DNA of 64,000 bases from Amoebophrya sp. A120 (lineage: Eukaryota; Protista; Dinoflagellata): NCBI GenBank assembly GCA_905178155.1, contig CAJINV010000017.1, positions 1,534,269 to 1,598,268 of the forward strand, written 5' to 3'. The number at the start of each line of letters is the position of its first letter. Positions within the stretch are counted from its first letter, which is position 1. The translations under genes and the position numbers were made by a program. This document shows positions 37,973 to 48,506 of the stretch, piece by piece. The notes under the pieces were generated by a model, which searched no databases, was not told the DNA's origin, and saw nothing but the letters and a program-made list of their open reading frames with translations.

Positions 37973-39448
37973 CGCTTTTGCAAATTCGCACGGGCCACCT
38001 TTGTAAATTCGCAAATCGAGAATACCGCCCTGATTGGGCATGCCTTTAAACGCTTAGCCCGATGGTGCTCTGGTGTTCCAACTTTAGCAAAATTCAAAAA
38101 TTACATCTGAAGCCGCATGGTATGACGAGAAAGCGGCTGCGATTGTGCGTGACGGCGTTAAAAGTTTCGCATCTGGCGCAAAAAGCTGCTGCTCATAATT
38201 GACGCCGTGGCAGTTTCTAAGCCGGCGCCTGTCGCATCGAAAGCGAAGAGGCCCCCTCGATGGTGAGGCACGGGAAACGCAGCAAATTTCCTTGCGTCCC
38301 TCGGAAGGGCATGGGACCGCGAACAGGGTGGCCACGTGATTGGCCACCAGACGTTGGCGCTTGGATTTGCGCTGAAATTCGCTTGAAATTCGCGCCTGCT
38401 CTTTCTAATGGGTGCCCAAGCTCTAAGCGAAGCGGTACATAGACGCCGGAATCGAGCTCTCCTGGAGGAATTCGCACGGTGAAACAGCGGAGGAATTCGC
38501 AAAGTGGTACATCGAGAACCCGCGACCCAGCGCCCCCGACAAGCGGCAGCAGGAACACTGCCAGGAGATTGTGGACGCGATAAACATGAAAAAGCGTAGC
38601 CGAGACCTCGGGCGGTCTTGCAGCAGTAGCTCAGCGAATTAAAAATTGATCCATGATTCCATTACACCAGGGGCGATCGATGCGGTCAGGGTTTAGAAGG
38701 AAAAAGGGCTTCTAGTAGTAGCGTCGATCTCTTCAATCAAAACTGAAAGTAATTCCGTCAGCACATTCGTTCTCTGATCCACAAAAGCGTGTCGGTCTAT
38801 TCTAGGTAGTTAGTTGATCGCATTCTTGATTTTTACAGCTCAGATGACGTCGGAAGAAACGACACAGCAAAGTGTTGATATCGACGACGCAAAAGCCGTA
38901 AGTATGAAAGTCAATTGAGGTGTGGGCTATCCCCATCCTTATCCTATCCTATGGTTCGATCCCGGTCCCGTACATTGTTCCTGTGAGGAGGTGATCCCTT
39001 GTTTACTCGAAGTTGTGTGTCCGACCGGAGCGAAAGTGAGTGTGTAAGTGAGTGCTAGAAGAGGGTCCTGCCTAGCACGGCGCATCGAAGATTTTCCACC
39101 CTGTCATCGTGACGCATATTTCACTTCCTCGAGAGAAATTCAGAAAGAGAGGACAGCACTAGGAGTTGTGGTTTTCCAGGCATGTGGTCCTAAGCGTTAA
39201 TGACTACATCTTCTTCGTCGCCGGTCATAAATACGTTGTGTATCTGTTGACGAGGGCAACGAACAATCTCGATACGTTACCGATATCATGTTGCATTTGC
39301 ATTTTATCTCCCCGTTATTTGTCTAGAAGTGAAAGTGAATTACATAGATCCGTCTCGCATTGCTCCTGCATTACGACTGAAAAATGAGTTCTCGGAGTCG
39401 GAGCCACAAGAATCATGTCGCGTGTTTGAATTTAATCTTTTCTTCTAA

Positions 39449-42400
39449 ATGTCGAGTTTCATCGCAGCGGGAAGATCTCCTCCTAAGGAGGACGTGGCGC
39501 ATGTTGAAAAGCCATACCCGCAGGCCGCCTCGTCTCGTCCGCCACGGTCCCGGGATTCAGAGCAGAAAGGCACAGAGCGGTTTTTTGCGCGGCCTATCGT
39601 GAGCCCGGGCGCTGCCGGAGGAGCCTCGAGCAAAGTCGATCATGCCTTGACAGGTAAAAACGAACAACACCAACCTAGACGCCACTACTCCAGCGCCTCG
39701 TCTACTGCAAGCGCAGCGAGCAACCGCACGGCTCGCTCGGGTCCGCCGTCCACCTGGCAGGACGTAGAAGTGATCACGCGGCCATCCACCGTCCCGGCAG
39801 TGAGCTCGTCTGCTTCGTCTTCCAGCAGTAGAAGCTCTATTTCGCCGTCAAAACAACAAGTTGTACAAGGGCTGGTAAACAAGCAAGCTGCAGCTCCATC
39901 GAGACAAAAGCTGCAAACTAATGCGAGTACTGTTGATTCTGGGTCAGTGCTACACCAGATTCAGCAGGGTGATGAAACAAAGGCGAGGCCTGATCTTGAT
40001 CTCGTAAAAAACAGACCTACGAGGACAACGGGTGGTCCCAATAATGAAGACGGAGAACATGATGATGCGGCGGTCAACGTACGCGCCCTGAGGGCGTTTG
40101 GGTCCGGCCGGCAGAGTTCCGTGCTTTCCAACAAACTTCGATCGTCCATCAACACCTTGAACACTCTGCGAAAAAGCACGATCCCGGATGTGTCGAGTAG
40201 CAGCTCCTGCGAAAGCTACGACGGCACCAGCAGCTCCGCCAGCGGTTCCAAAGGAACCTCGGCGCCGGCCGTGGACCACTTTTTCTGCGACAAAGCGAAA
40301 TCAGATGGGTTATTCGGCGCTCGAGATGAACGAAGGAGCGCGACAACAAAACCGTTTCTGCTAGGAGAGCCTGCGGCAAAAGCTCCTGCGTCGCTAGATG
40401 GCAACAACACGAGGAACAGCGGTGCTGCTGACGCTCCTCAGGGTCAGGGGCAGGTGACAAAGGCAGATGGTGGGAAGAAAAATCGAGCGCAAGACGATCG
40501 GGGTCGAATCACGGTGCAGCTAAACGTAAAGCAGGCAGCAGCAGCAGCAGCAAACGAGGAGAAAAACGTGGAAAACATTGCGGAGCCTTCAAAGCCAGCT
40601 CCGGTGGTTTTCGAAGCACTTGTACAAGATGAGGAGGAGGACGGGCCGTTGCCAGTACTGCAGCAAGAGCAAAAAGTCAAGATGGAGGCTCATGCCATTG
40701 TCACTGAAGCCATGAGCAGAAGCACCGAGCGCACAGAGAAAGCACAGGAAGACGTGGCAATGATAAATCGATCTAGCTCTGAAGAAGCCGAGAAAAACAA
40801 AGAAGGAAGCGGAGCGGAAGCGACCGCGACGCCTGCAGAAGCCAATGTCAGCGACGGTCCTCCCCGAGCACGGCCGATCCGACTGCCCGATCTTCTGCCA
40901 AAATTGAACGTTTTGCGGTACTTCAAGAGCATCAGCAAGCAAAGAGAAAGGGATTTGTTTGTCGAGGATCTGCATGCAGCGGACGGGCGTGAAGGAGACA
41001 CCAGTACCGAACCGGCTCTTGCTGCCGGAACAATTACTGGATCGGAGAACAAAGACATAGCTTCAGGTGCTCTCGCCCCTGCTTCGATTTCTTTGAACGA
41101 ACACGTGGAAGCGAGACCTACACTGCAACTGGACGGGACTGCAGTTCTTGTAGATAAACCACTACAAGTAGTAGCTGATGATGATGCTCAGATGCAAAAA
41201 GCGATAAAACCGGCCGTCTTACTTGAAAACTTCCCTCGCCCCGCCTCTAATATTGCCGAAATGAGAAAGACACGGCTCGCAGCCGCCGCGCACCAAATTC
41301 GGTCGAGCGCAGCAGTGTTGAAGCGTATGCGCAGCTCGTCGGGTACTGGGTCGAGCAGTGGCTCGTCGTTTTCTTCCACCACGGGTGGCGCAAAGGACAC
41401 CAGGCAAAAATTGCGAATATGGGTAAACACAACGGGTGCCAGCCGCGCGGCAAGGGTTCCAGAGGTAGCAACAGGGAAGGTTTTGGGGTCGGGAGTTGAA
41501 AGCGGTACTGTGCCCGTCGGACGTAGTTCTGGAGATGAACCAGCAGGAGCAGCTACAGGAGCGACGGCCACGGCGCAGATAACGAAGATTGAGGCAACTG
41601 CTGTTGGTCACGAGGACAATTCAGAAACTACCCGTACACAAAATAAACGGCCCTCAGCTTCAGTCATCTCGATGTCCTCTTCCACAACACTAACGGAGCA
41701 GCTTTTGCAAGCTGCAGGCGCTCCGATCGTTCCCATCCGTCCAGCGCTACCGCAGGTATTTCAGGCAGAAGCAAAACGTGCAGTGCTTCCACCAACCGCG
41801 ACTCTTGTGGCCCCCGCGATCGTGCCGAAGCGGCCCGTTGCCCCCATGACGATCCTCGGTCTTGGAACAGGTCTTGGAGCTGCAACTGGCGGCTCAACAA
41901 GTGCCTCCAGCGGTCGTGCAGCCATAAACCCGTCGGCCGGCTGCACAACTGATGTTGCTGACGACTTCCGGCGAACTCTATTACAGTCTGCCAGCCGCGC
42001 GAAGAAGCCGAAGATAATCCCACCCAGGCCAGCGAAGGCGCCACAAATCCTTGCGCCACCGCCGCTGCAAGAGGAAAGGGGTTACGTCGCTGCAAAACTT
42101 TTGCAAACGAAGACGCTCCCAGTTGTCTGGACCGCGCCCACCACGCCGGTGGCGGCCGCTGGGGGGACGCGAGTTGCTGCTGCTCTGCCGAAGTCCGCAA
42201 TGCTTATGTCGTCGTCTGTCGGAGGACCTGCAGCGACAAGTACGGGAAACCGCAGCGCTTCTCCGGTCTCGAAGATAATGTTCTCGCCAGCGAAGATGAG
42301 AGCTGCTCCTGCTCCGTCGTGCTCAGCTGCATCTGGTGCGCAAAGCGGTGCTGCAGGAGCTACTACTAGCTTTGTGCCTCCTACTGCACCTAAGCTTTTC

Positions 42401-45400
42401 GCGCCGGCTTCTTCGCCTCTGCAGGCAGGCTTGTTTTTACCGGCACGAGGTGCGACAGTGGCTCGTGCGACCGGTACAGCCGCTCCTATGCGGGTGTTTG
42501 ATCCTGGAACATCAAGCGCGTTCCTGTCATCAGCTTCCAGCACGAGCACTGGCACAAGTTTCTTGCGTCCCTTCGATGCGCGGCAAGAACAACAACCGCC
42601 TCAGAAGTCCCAAACACCGCCGCACCTAGATACTGAGCTAGCGCGCCAATTCCGCCTCAGTCTAGTCCCAGTGCACCTTCCGCCCCCGGAGAAGTTGCCG
42701 TCGAAACTTTCTCACAAGCAAGTTGTGACTGAAAGCGTGCAGAAGCACCTGCAGGTAGAGTTAGAAAGGATGAAGAGCAGGAAGAAAAGAATCGCCACGG
42801 AAAAATCCTTCTTCGACTTGCTTTACCTGGGAAAGCTGAGAGAGATGCAAGAAGGCGCGGAAGTGAAGAACGCGGCTTTGCGTAGGAAAATCCAGCGGGC
42901 CAAGCAGGACTTCGCAGATGAGGTGACGGAACAGATTGACCGGTTGCGGAAGTTTTTGTTGTACTCCAAAGACAGCTGGCGCAGCCACGACGCGCTGGTG
43001 GTGAAGCGAAACAAGAAGGGACCTCCTGGCGACGATGAAGAAACGGTCTTGTTGCAAGAACACGAGCGATACCGTCTCGAAGAAGATGAAACTTCTTCAG
43101 AGGAACAAGAAGCCGAAGAATCACAATCCTCGTCGTTAATATCGGCCACCGAATCAAAAGCAACAAGGAAAAGCCAGCTGGGGAAATCTTCCAAGATGTC
43201 GTGTTTGACGTCGTCCTCCAGTGAACAGGAAAAGCCAGTCGCTGTTCCCGATGCGGCGGAGAACGACCTTGACTCGCCTGATGCTCCTGCCGGCGCTGAA
43301 GGAGAAGAGGCTGGGGGCGAAGATGAAGAAGTAGAAGGACAGCACGAGTCAGGAGCCCCTGGCGCTCCAAAACGACCAAGCAAAGACTCATCCGGCCCTC
43401 CCGTCTCTTCTGCGGTCCACTCCCCAAGCGAAATGGCGCCCTCATCTCCTCGTGATCATGCAGAGCAAGAAACTCCTCTTCCCGAAGACGGTGGCGAAGC
43501 GAACGCCGCCCAATTAGAACCTGGATCAGCGTTATCGCAAGTCGAAGGAACTGAAGCAGGTTCAGCACAAAGCGTCTCGGAAGCAGCAGTGGGTGGGCAG
43601 GCCTTGTTATCCGAGACAGCAGCTGTTTCGAATGGGACGCGCTCGTCCACTTCTGCGCAACATCACAGCGCGGTGTTGAAAGCCGCTGTGAAGACCTCCA
43701 GGCTGGAGCGCGTGAAAGGAAGAGAGAACAACAAGCCGAAGGGAGGCCGCTTGGGGAGAGTTGGGCAGGAGCAGCAAGATGGAAGCCTTGAGGCAGAGCA
43801 GCAACCAGCACAGCCGCGGCAACAGATGCTGTTTTACCCGGAGCCAGAAGATGGTGTTGACGACAAAGCTGGTTCTGCATCATCTGCTGATCGGACGACA
43901 AAACCGATGAAATCGCCGTCGGGACGAGATGGAAGAAAACTACCGAAACGCAAACCGGTGAAGCCGAAGCGAAATTCAGACCTGCAAGAGGCTGCAAAAG
44001 GAATTCGTCAAGTCGATCCTTCCCTCGACAATTCCAAAATGATTCACCTGCCTATTCTCGAGAAGAAAACCGACCTGAAGCTTGCCGTCGAGCAGTCACC
44101 GGGGCATCAAACGAAAATCACCGCGGGTAAGTCAGATCAAGTGCGGCACGCGGCGGAGCAGGCACTTGCTGAAGCGGAGGAGCGATTTGGGAAGATTTTT
44201 TACAAAGCGAAGTTTGTTGTCGAGGAAGTGGATTATGCGCAGGAAAAAGAAGAAGAAGAACGCCATCGGGAACATCAAGGGATGAAGACTGCCTCGTCTG
44301 CAAATCGCGATCCACGCCAGTACTACCTCGCCCGCCGTTGGCAGCAGTTCGAGGAAGAGGTTTTCAAGCCGTGTCGAGAAGAACGGCTTAAAATCCATCG
44401 AGAAACAAAGCACGCTGCCGCTGTCGTGAAGCTCGCACGCGTGTTGCACTTCGTTACGCGCGACCAACTCCAGCACAGCTTTTTCCAAGTAGCGGGCATG
44501 CCTCAGGCAGCGGCACTTTTCACGGAAGTGGAGAAGGACTGGTTGTCGCAGAAAAAAGCCAAATTGCGTTCTGAAGTGCAACAGGAGGAGCTGACGCTTT
44601 TGAAGAGAAACAAGGTTCGGGCTTTGACAACGACTCTGCACAACTGTCTCGTGCGGAAGATTTTGGCAGCCGCGTTTTTCCGGCTGAGGTATCACACAGC
44701 ATGCCGCGTGACGACGGCGAGTACTGGTGCGAGAACGTCTGCTGTTGCGAGCACTTCTCAGAAACAGGACGAGGCTCTTGCCGCAGAAGGCGGCCCTACC
44801 GGCGCTCCTTTAGCCGTTCCCGGCAGTTCCTCGGAACTAGACCTTTTGGTCGATTCAGACTTCGATGTGAAGGTCTCGTCTGGCGCGGCTGGGAAGCTGC
44901 TTCTTGCAGCGGGGAAGCGGACAACAGCTGAAAGCGGAGATGCCCCGCTTGATGTTCTCGACACCGCCGACTCAAATTCCACCAAACAGGCTGTCGTCCT
45001 GGCCCCGGCTGCGAAACCTTTGCGCCAAAGTCGCTCTTCGGACGTGATTGTGTTTTCGGATGATTCCCCACGCGGTGCTGGAGTACTTCCAATGGCAGAA
45101 CTACTAGAAGAACCACCAGCATTTCGAGCGAACGAAGCTGCAACTACTACAGAGCCCCGAGTTTTAGTTTTTGATGCAGCAACCGCAGCGGACGAGCAGC
45201 TTGGTAACGACCTCGCAGGGAATCTAGGCGAAAGTGCTTCCGCACCACAACGATGGAGCGATAGGGTGTTGGACTTTTTCGGTGTGAGTACTGCGCTGAA
45301 GGACGAAAATACACGGGCACATGCTCCGAGCCGCGAAGACCAAATCGCGCTTCCTACAGTTGCTGTACCAAGCGAGGCTGTACCGGCTGCGACGCATCAC

Positions 45401-45736
45401 CAGTCGCAGCTCCAACTGCACAACAGGCTGCACGTCCACGAAAGCCAGAGAGAAACCGTAGGAGGCCAGGAAACAAAGTTTGAAAATAGCGCCGCAGAGG
45501 CAGTAGAAGAACAAGCAGAGCCGAGCATTCTGTTCTATCCGGAGGCCTTGCCATTGACCTCGCAGCCGGAAGAAGACGCGGTAGAGGACCTTACCAGCTT
45601 TTCTCTACCAGGAACGAAAGTAACTACACTGGCAGGAATGGAAAATAGAGAAAAACACTACAAGCAGAACTCGTTTCCGAATGGCTTGAAGCTACCACCA
45701 AAGCCCAGAATATTGACCGTTTCCAAGAAAATGTAA
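39449..45736 (+). CDS. Large low-complexity hypothetical protein (2095 aa) with coiled-coil segments
   Basis: 6.3-kb uninterrupted ORF rich in Ser/Ala/Glu; no recognisable domain. Confidence 0.75.
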   Translation: MSSFIAAGRSPPKEDVAHVEKPYPQAASSRPPRSRDSEQKGTERFFARPIVSPGAAGGASSKVDHALTGKNEQHQPRRHYSSASSTASAASNRTARSGPPSTWQDVEVITRPSTVPAVSSSASSSSSRSSISPSKQQVVQGLVNKQAAAPSRQKLQTNASTVDSGSVLHQIQQGDETKARPDLDLVKNRPTRTTGGPNNEDGEHDDAAVNVRALRAFGSGRQSSVLSNKLRSSINTLNTLRKSTIPDVSSSSSCESYDGTSSSASGSKGTSAPAVDHFFCDKAKSDGLFGARDERRSATTKPFLLGEPAAKAPASLDGNNTRNSGAADAPQGQGQVTKADGGKKNRAQDDRGRITVQLNVKQAAAAAANEEKNVENIAEPSKPAPVVFEALVQDEEEDGPLPVLQQEQKVKMEAHAIVTEAMSRSTERTEKAQEDVAMINRSSSEEAEKNKEGSGAEATATPAEANVSDGPPRARPIRLPDLLPKLNVLRYFKSISKQRERDLFVEDLHAADGREGDTSTEPALAAGTITGSENKDIASGALAPASISLNEHVEARPTLQLDGTAVLVDKPLQVVADDDAQMQKAIKPAVLLENFPRPASNIAEMRKTRLAAAAHQIRSSAAVLKRMRSSSGTGSSSGSSFSSTTGGAKDTRQKLRIWVNTTGASRAARVPEVATGKVLGSGVESGTVPVGRSSGDEPAGAATGATATAQITKIEATAVGHEDNSETTRTQNKRPSASVISMSSSTTLTEQLLQAAGAPIVPIRPALPQVFQAEAKRAVLPPTATLVAPAIVPKRPVAPMTILGLGTGLGAATGGSTSASSGRAAINPSAGCTTDVADDFRRTLLQSASRAKKPKIIPPRPAKAPQILAPPPLQEERGYVAAKLLQTKTLPVVWTAPTTPVAAAGGTRVAAALPKSAMLMSSSVGGPAATSTGNRSASPVSKIMFSPAKMRAAPAPSCSAASGAQSGAAGATTSFVPPTAPKLFAPASSPLQAGLFLPARGATVARATGTAAPMRVFDPGTSSAFLSSASSTSTGTSFLRPFDARQEQQPPQKSQTPPHLDTELARQFRLSLVPVHLPPPEKLPSKLSHKQVVTESVQKHLQVELERMKSRKKRIATEKSFFDLLYLGKLREMQEGAEVKNAALRRKIQRAKQDFADEVTEQIDRLRKFLLYSKDSWRSHDALVVKRNKKGPPGDDEETVLLQEHERYRLEEDETSSEEQEAEESQSSSLISATESKATRKSQLGKSSKMSCLTSSSSEQEKPVAVPDAAENDLDSPDAPAGAEGEEAGGEDEEVEGQHESGAPGAPKRPSKDSSGPPVSSAVHSPSEMAPSSPRDHAEQETPLPEDGGEANAAQLEPGSALSQVEGTEAGSAQSVSEAAVGGQALLSETAAVSNGTRSSTSAQHHSAVLKAAVKTSRLERVKGRENNKPKGGRLGRVGQEQQDGSLEAEQQPAQPRQQMLFYPEPEDGVDDKAGSASSADRTTKPMKSPSGRDGRKLPKRKPVKPKRNSDLQEAAKGIRQVDPSLDNSKMIHLPILEKKTDLKLAVEQSPGHQTKITAGKSDQVRHAAEQALAEAEERFGKIFYKAKFVVEEVDYAQEKEEEERHREHQGMKTASSANRDPRQYYLARRWQQFEEEVFKPCREERLKIHRETKHAAAVVKLARVLHFVTRDQLQHSFFQVAGMPQAAALFTEVEKDWLSQKKAKLRSEVQQEELTLLKRNKVRALTTTLHNCLVRKILAAAFFRLRYHTACRVTTASTGARTSAVASTSQKQDEALAAEGGPTGAPLAVPGSSSELDLLVDSDFDVKVSSGAAGKLLLAAGKRTTAESGDAPLDVLDTADSNSTKQAVVLAPAAKPLRQSRSSDVIVFSDDSPRGAGVLPMAELLEEPPAFRANEAATTTEPRVLVFDAATAADEQLGNDLAGNLGESASAPQRWSDRVLDFFGVSTALKDENTRAHAPSREDQIALPTVAVPSEAVPAATHHQSQLQLHNRLHVHESQRETVGGQETKFENSAAEAVEEQAEPSILFYPEALPLTSQPEEDAVEDLTSFSLPGTKVTTLAGMENREKHYKQNSFPNGLKLPPKPRILTVSKKM

Positions 45737-46261
45737 ATCAATATCAAATTATGTGAAAACACGATGAAGGTACTTCTAAAGCCTAGATTCTAAAACGCCT
45801 CGTTTCGAGATGAAATGGAAATGCACCAAGAGAATGAGAAGATTGAGCAACGCCACCGGCACGACACTGCCTTACAACTCGCGCGGGCAGCCGTGCGGTC
45901 GGTACCAAGGGAGATGAGAGGGACGGAACAGCTGGGAAGACCTGTCGTGTTTTCGTGATGCTGATTGCACCTTTCTTGGATGAAAAATTAAGCATGAAGA
46001 TGATCACTGAGTCGCCCAGCAGAGCTGCTGAAGAAGCTGCAGTGTTTTATCGAGATCCATTTCAATCAGTTCGACTTCGATTTGATGGCCGTTGCCGTTG
46101 GCTCCCAATGTAATCAAGATCAACCCCTTGTTGCCTTCGGACCACGAGTAAGTACGACCTGCTCCATTGTTTCATCGCTTGTGCAACAGCACTTCTCCCT
46201 TGTATACTCGTGAAGGAACAAAGTAGTACATGTTCAACAGACACTCTTCCACGAAAAAATC

Positions 46262-48001
46262 ATGTCCGGAGCTACTTCGAGCTCCTCCTCCGTGTTGCCT
46301 TCCGGCAGTACAACTAGGCAGTTCAGCACAAGGATCACGAAAAACGCCGAACGTGAAAATTTCGACCACTACCACAACACGGGCGACAGCGCGACGAATG
46401 ATGGTCCTAAGGAGCTTTTCACAGACAATGACCCAGCCACGACGATTAAGGGTTGTGGCTTCAAAAACAAACTCACCGCAGAACTCACCCTGCACCTCAT
46501 CCAGCAGCCGGGGTCAAGCTACAAGCAGTATTGGACGGTAAGGGCGATGCAGGAACGGGCGACAAGGCACCCGCACCAAACGGAGCAAATGCGAGAGGCG
46601 ATTACGGTGTTTGATAAGTGGCTTGTGGAGAGGGACGAAAGCATGAGCAGAAATGTTGTCACGGCGAGCACAAGTGGCAAGGCGAGCGAGAATGACCATC
46701 ATCATCAAGACGCTGTACTACAGCTGCAAGTTGACCAGCCGGCCGCTTTGCAACAGCGAAGAACCCTTGCTTTTTCCAAGGCGAACGCCCACGCGCGACG
46801 GAATTGCGATACTGATGAGGAGTTCCACAACTACACAAAACAAGACCGAAACGAGATGCTGAAATGTCTGCGCGAAAACGCAATGTCTACGGATTGGTTT
46901 GCGCTATCAGCGACGGCCTTTGTAGGACTCTTCGGCGGACCCGGGGAGCACGGCTATGGTGTGCACGTATGTTGCGGCAACTTCGAAGGAGACGCAAGTT
47001 TAGCAATACAGGCTGACGAAATGGAAGACAAGCACAAGCTTACATCTCATGGTCATGGAGAAGAAACGGCTGCCGGGGGTGGCGCAAGCTCAAGCACTGT
47101 TCATCAGATGAAGTTTTCTTTTCTGTACGAGAAGTACCGATCGGAGATGCAGAGCCGTTCTTGCAACTTCTCGAAGTGCGTCTGTAGCTTCGAGAACACT
47201 CATGAGGTCCATGTTGTTGGCTTCAATGCAGCATTAAGTTGTGCGTCTTCTTCCAGTGCGTCGAGGAAAAACAAGAGCGACTCAAACACATCATCGGCAG
47301 CACTGCATCCTACCAAGCGAGATCAGGACACCAAGTGCCACCTACCACTTCTTTCTGCCTTCTATTCCGTCTGTTCCGAGGAAAATCAGACCCATCCGTG
47401 GTTCCACTCCTCTAAAGATTGGAGCGTCAGCCAGCTTGGGTTGGGAAGCAAATTTCCCTGGACCGCTTTTTCTCTCGAGTACGATGGAGCACAGGAGAAA
47501 GCGAGGTTCGTGCGGAATCGGTTTTGGAAGGCGAAAGAGGATGGCGTGGAGACTGGCACTGACGGCAGCATTGTTGTCGCAAAAACCGGACACATCATGA
47601 AGCACCAACCTTCAGTGAAAGATTTTTTTTCGAGAAAACGACCAGCAGTTGCGTCTGTACAATCCGTGGTTGATTCTGGCACAAAGTGCGCTGTCCAGAC
47701 CCAGCAGAAGTACGCGACCTTTGCTAGTAACAAAAGGCAGAATGCATCTTCGTTGGAAACAAGGACAGAAGTCGCGACAAAGTTGATTTGTACAAAAAAC
47801 AGCGATGATGTCATTGTCTTGTCGTCAGATGACGAAGTTGACGTAGATGTACCGGGAAAACGAAAATCAAGGGCATTTCATCGTGGCCAATTAGAAATGT
47901 TGGAGCTGCGCACCCGGAGAAATCCTGGTTGCGACTTTTTTCGGTATTCTAGTTCTACTCTTTCCATCCAACAGAAGTTGTTAGCAGGTATGATCGTCTG
48001 A
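46262..48001 (+). CDS. Hypothetical protein (579 aa)
   Basis: Long ORF. The C-terminal part has SIM-like DVIVLSSDDE and PIP-box-like QPSVKDFF motifs. The 3' end may be spliced. Confidence 0.6.
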   Translation: MSGATSSSSSVLPSGSTTRQFSTRITKNAERENFDHYHNTGDSATNDGPKELFTDNDPATTIKGCGFKNKLTAELTLHLIQQPGSSYKQYWTVRAMQERATRHPHQTEQMREAITVFDKWLVERDESMSRNVVTASTSGKASENDHHHQDAVLQLQVDQPAALQQRRTLAFSKANAHARRNCDTDEEFHNYTKQDRNEMLKCLRENAMSTDWFALSATAFVGLFGGPGEHGYGVHVCCGNFEGDASLAIQADEMEDKHKLTSHGHGEETAAGGGASSSTVHQMKFSFLYEKYRSEMQSRSCNFSKCVCSFENTHEVHVVGFNAALSCASSSSASRKNKSDSNTSSAALHPTKRDQDTKCHLPLLSAFYSVCSEENQTHPWFHSSKDWSVSQLGLGSKFPWTAFSLEYDGAQEKARFVRNRFWKAKEDGVETGTDGSIVVAKTGHIMKHQPSVKDFFSRKRPAVASVQSVVDSGTKCAVQTQQKYATFASNKRQNASSLETRTEVATKLICTKNSDDVIVLSSDDEVDVDVPGKRKSRAFHRGQLEMLELRTRRNPGCDFFRYSSSTLSIQQKLLAGMIV

Positions 48002-48506
48002 CAAGCGACGCAATTGCGGCTCTGCAGCAGAGGTGAAACGCGTTGAGAAGTTGCGCAGTTTGTGTGATTCGTGAGACGAATACGAGAAGCAAGCCTGCTG
48101 AGATGTAGGCATAAGCATAACACTAGAGACTGCGAGGAATGAGACGCGTTTTTGCAGCGCATGCATTTCTGATGCAAATGTAGCAAACGGACCTGCAGTC
48201 CGACAATGCAGTTGGCAGCTGCAGCAAGCGCGATCATCTACATCTTCTTCCTCCAAACAAAGAAAAGCGAATAAGGATTTTAGGAATTATACGATTTCTT
48301 GCCCACAAAAAGCTTCGTTGCGTATTATAGCGAGGCATTTTCTTAGCTGCCGCAATCGCATCAATCTACAATATTCTGCGCGCATGGCTTCTTCGTTGAG
48401 TGGTTTTGTAATTGAATTTATATTTTTCCGTGACGTGATTTTTTTTTAATGTAAAAAATCATTTTCATGATCGTCCGTGTAAACAAAGCTCGTCTACCCT
48501 ACCAAA

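Noticed and set aside
38900-38975. tRNA (ggttcgatccc T-loop-like)
   Set aside because: No acceptor, D or anticodon stems could be built.
42657-43997. 446-aa minus-strand ORF and other long antisense ORFs
   Set aside because: These are shadow ORFs of GC-rich + strand coding sequence with no motifs.
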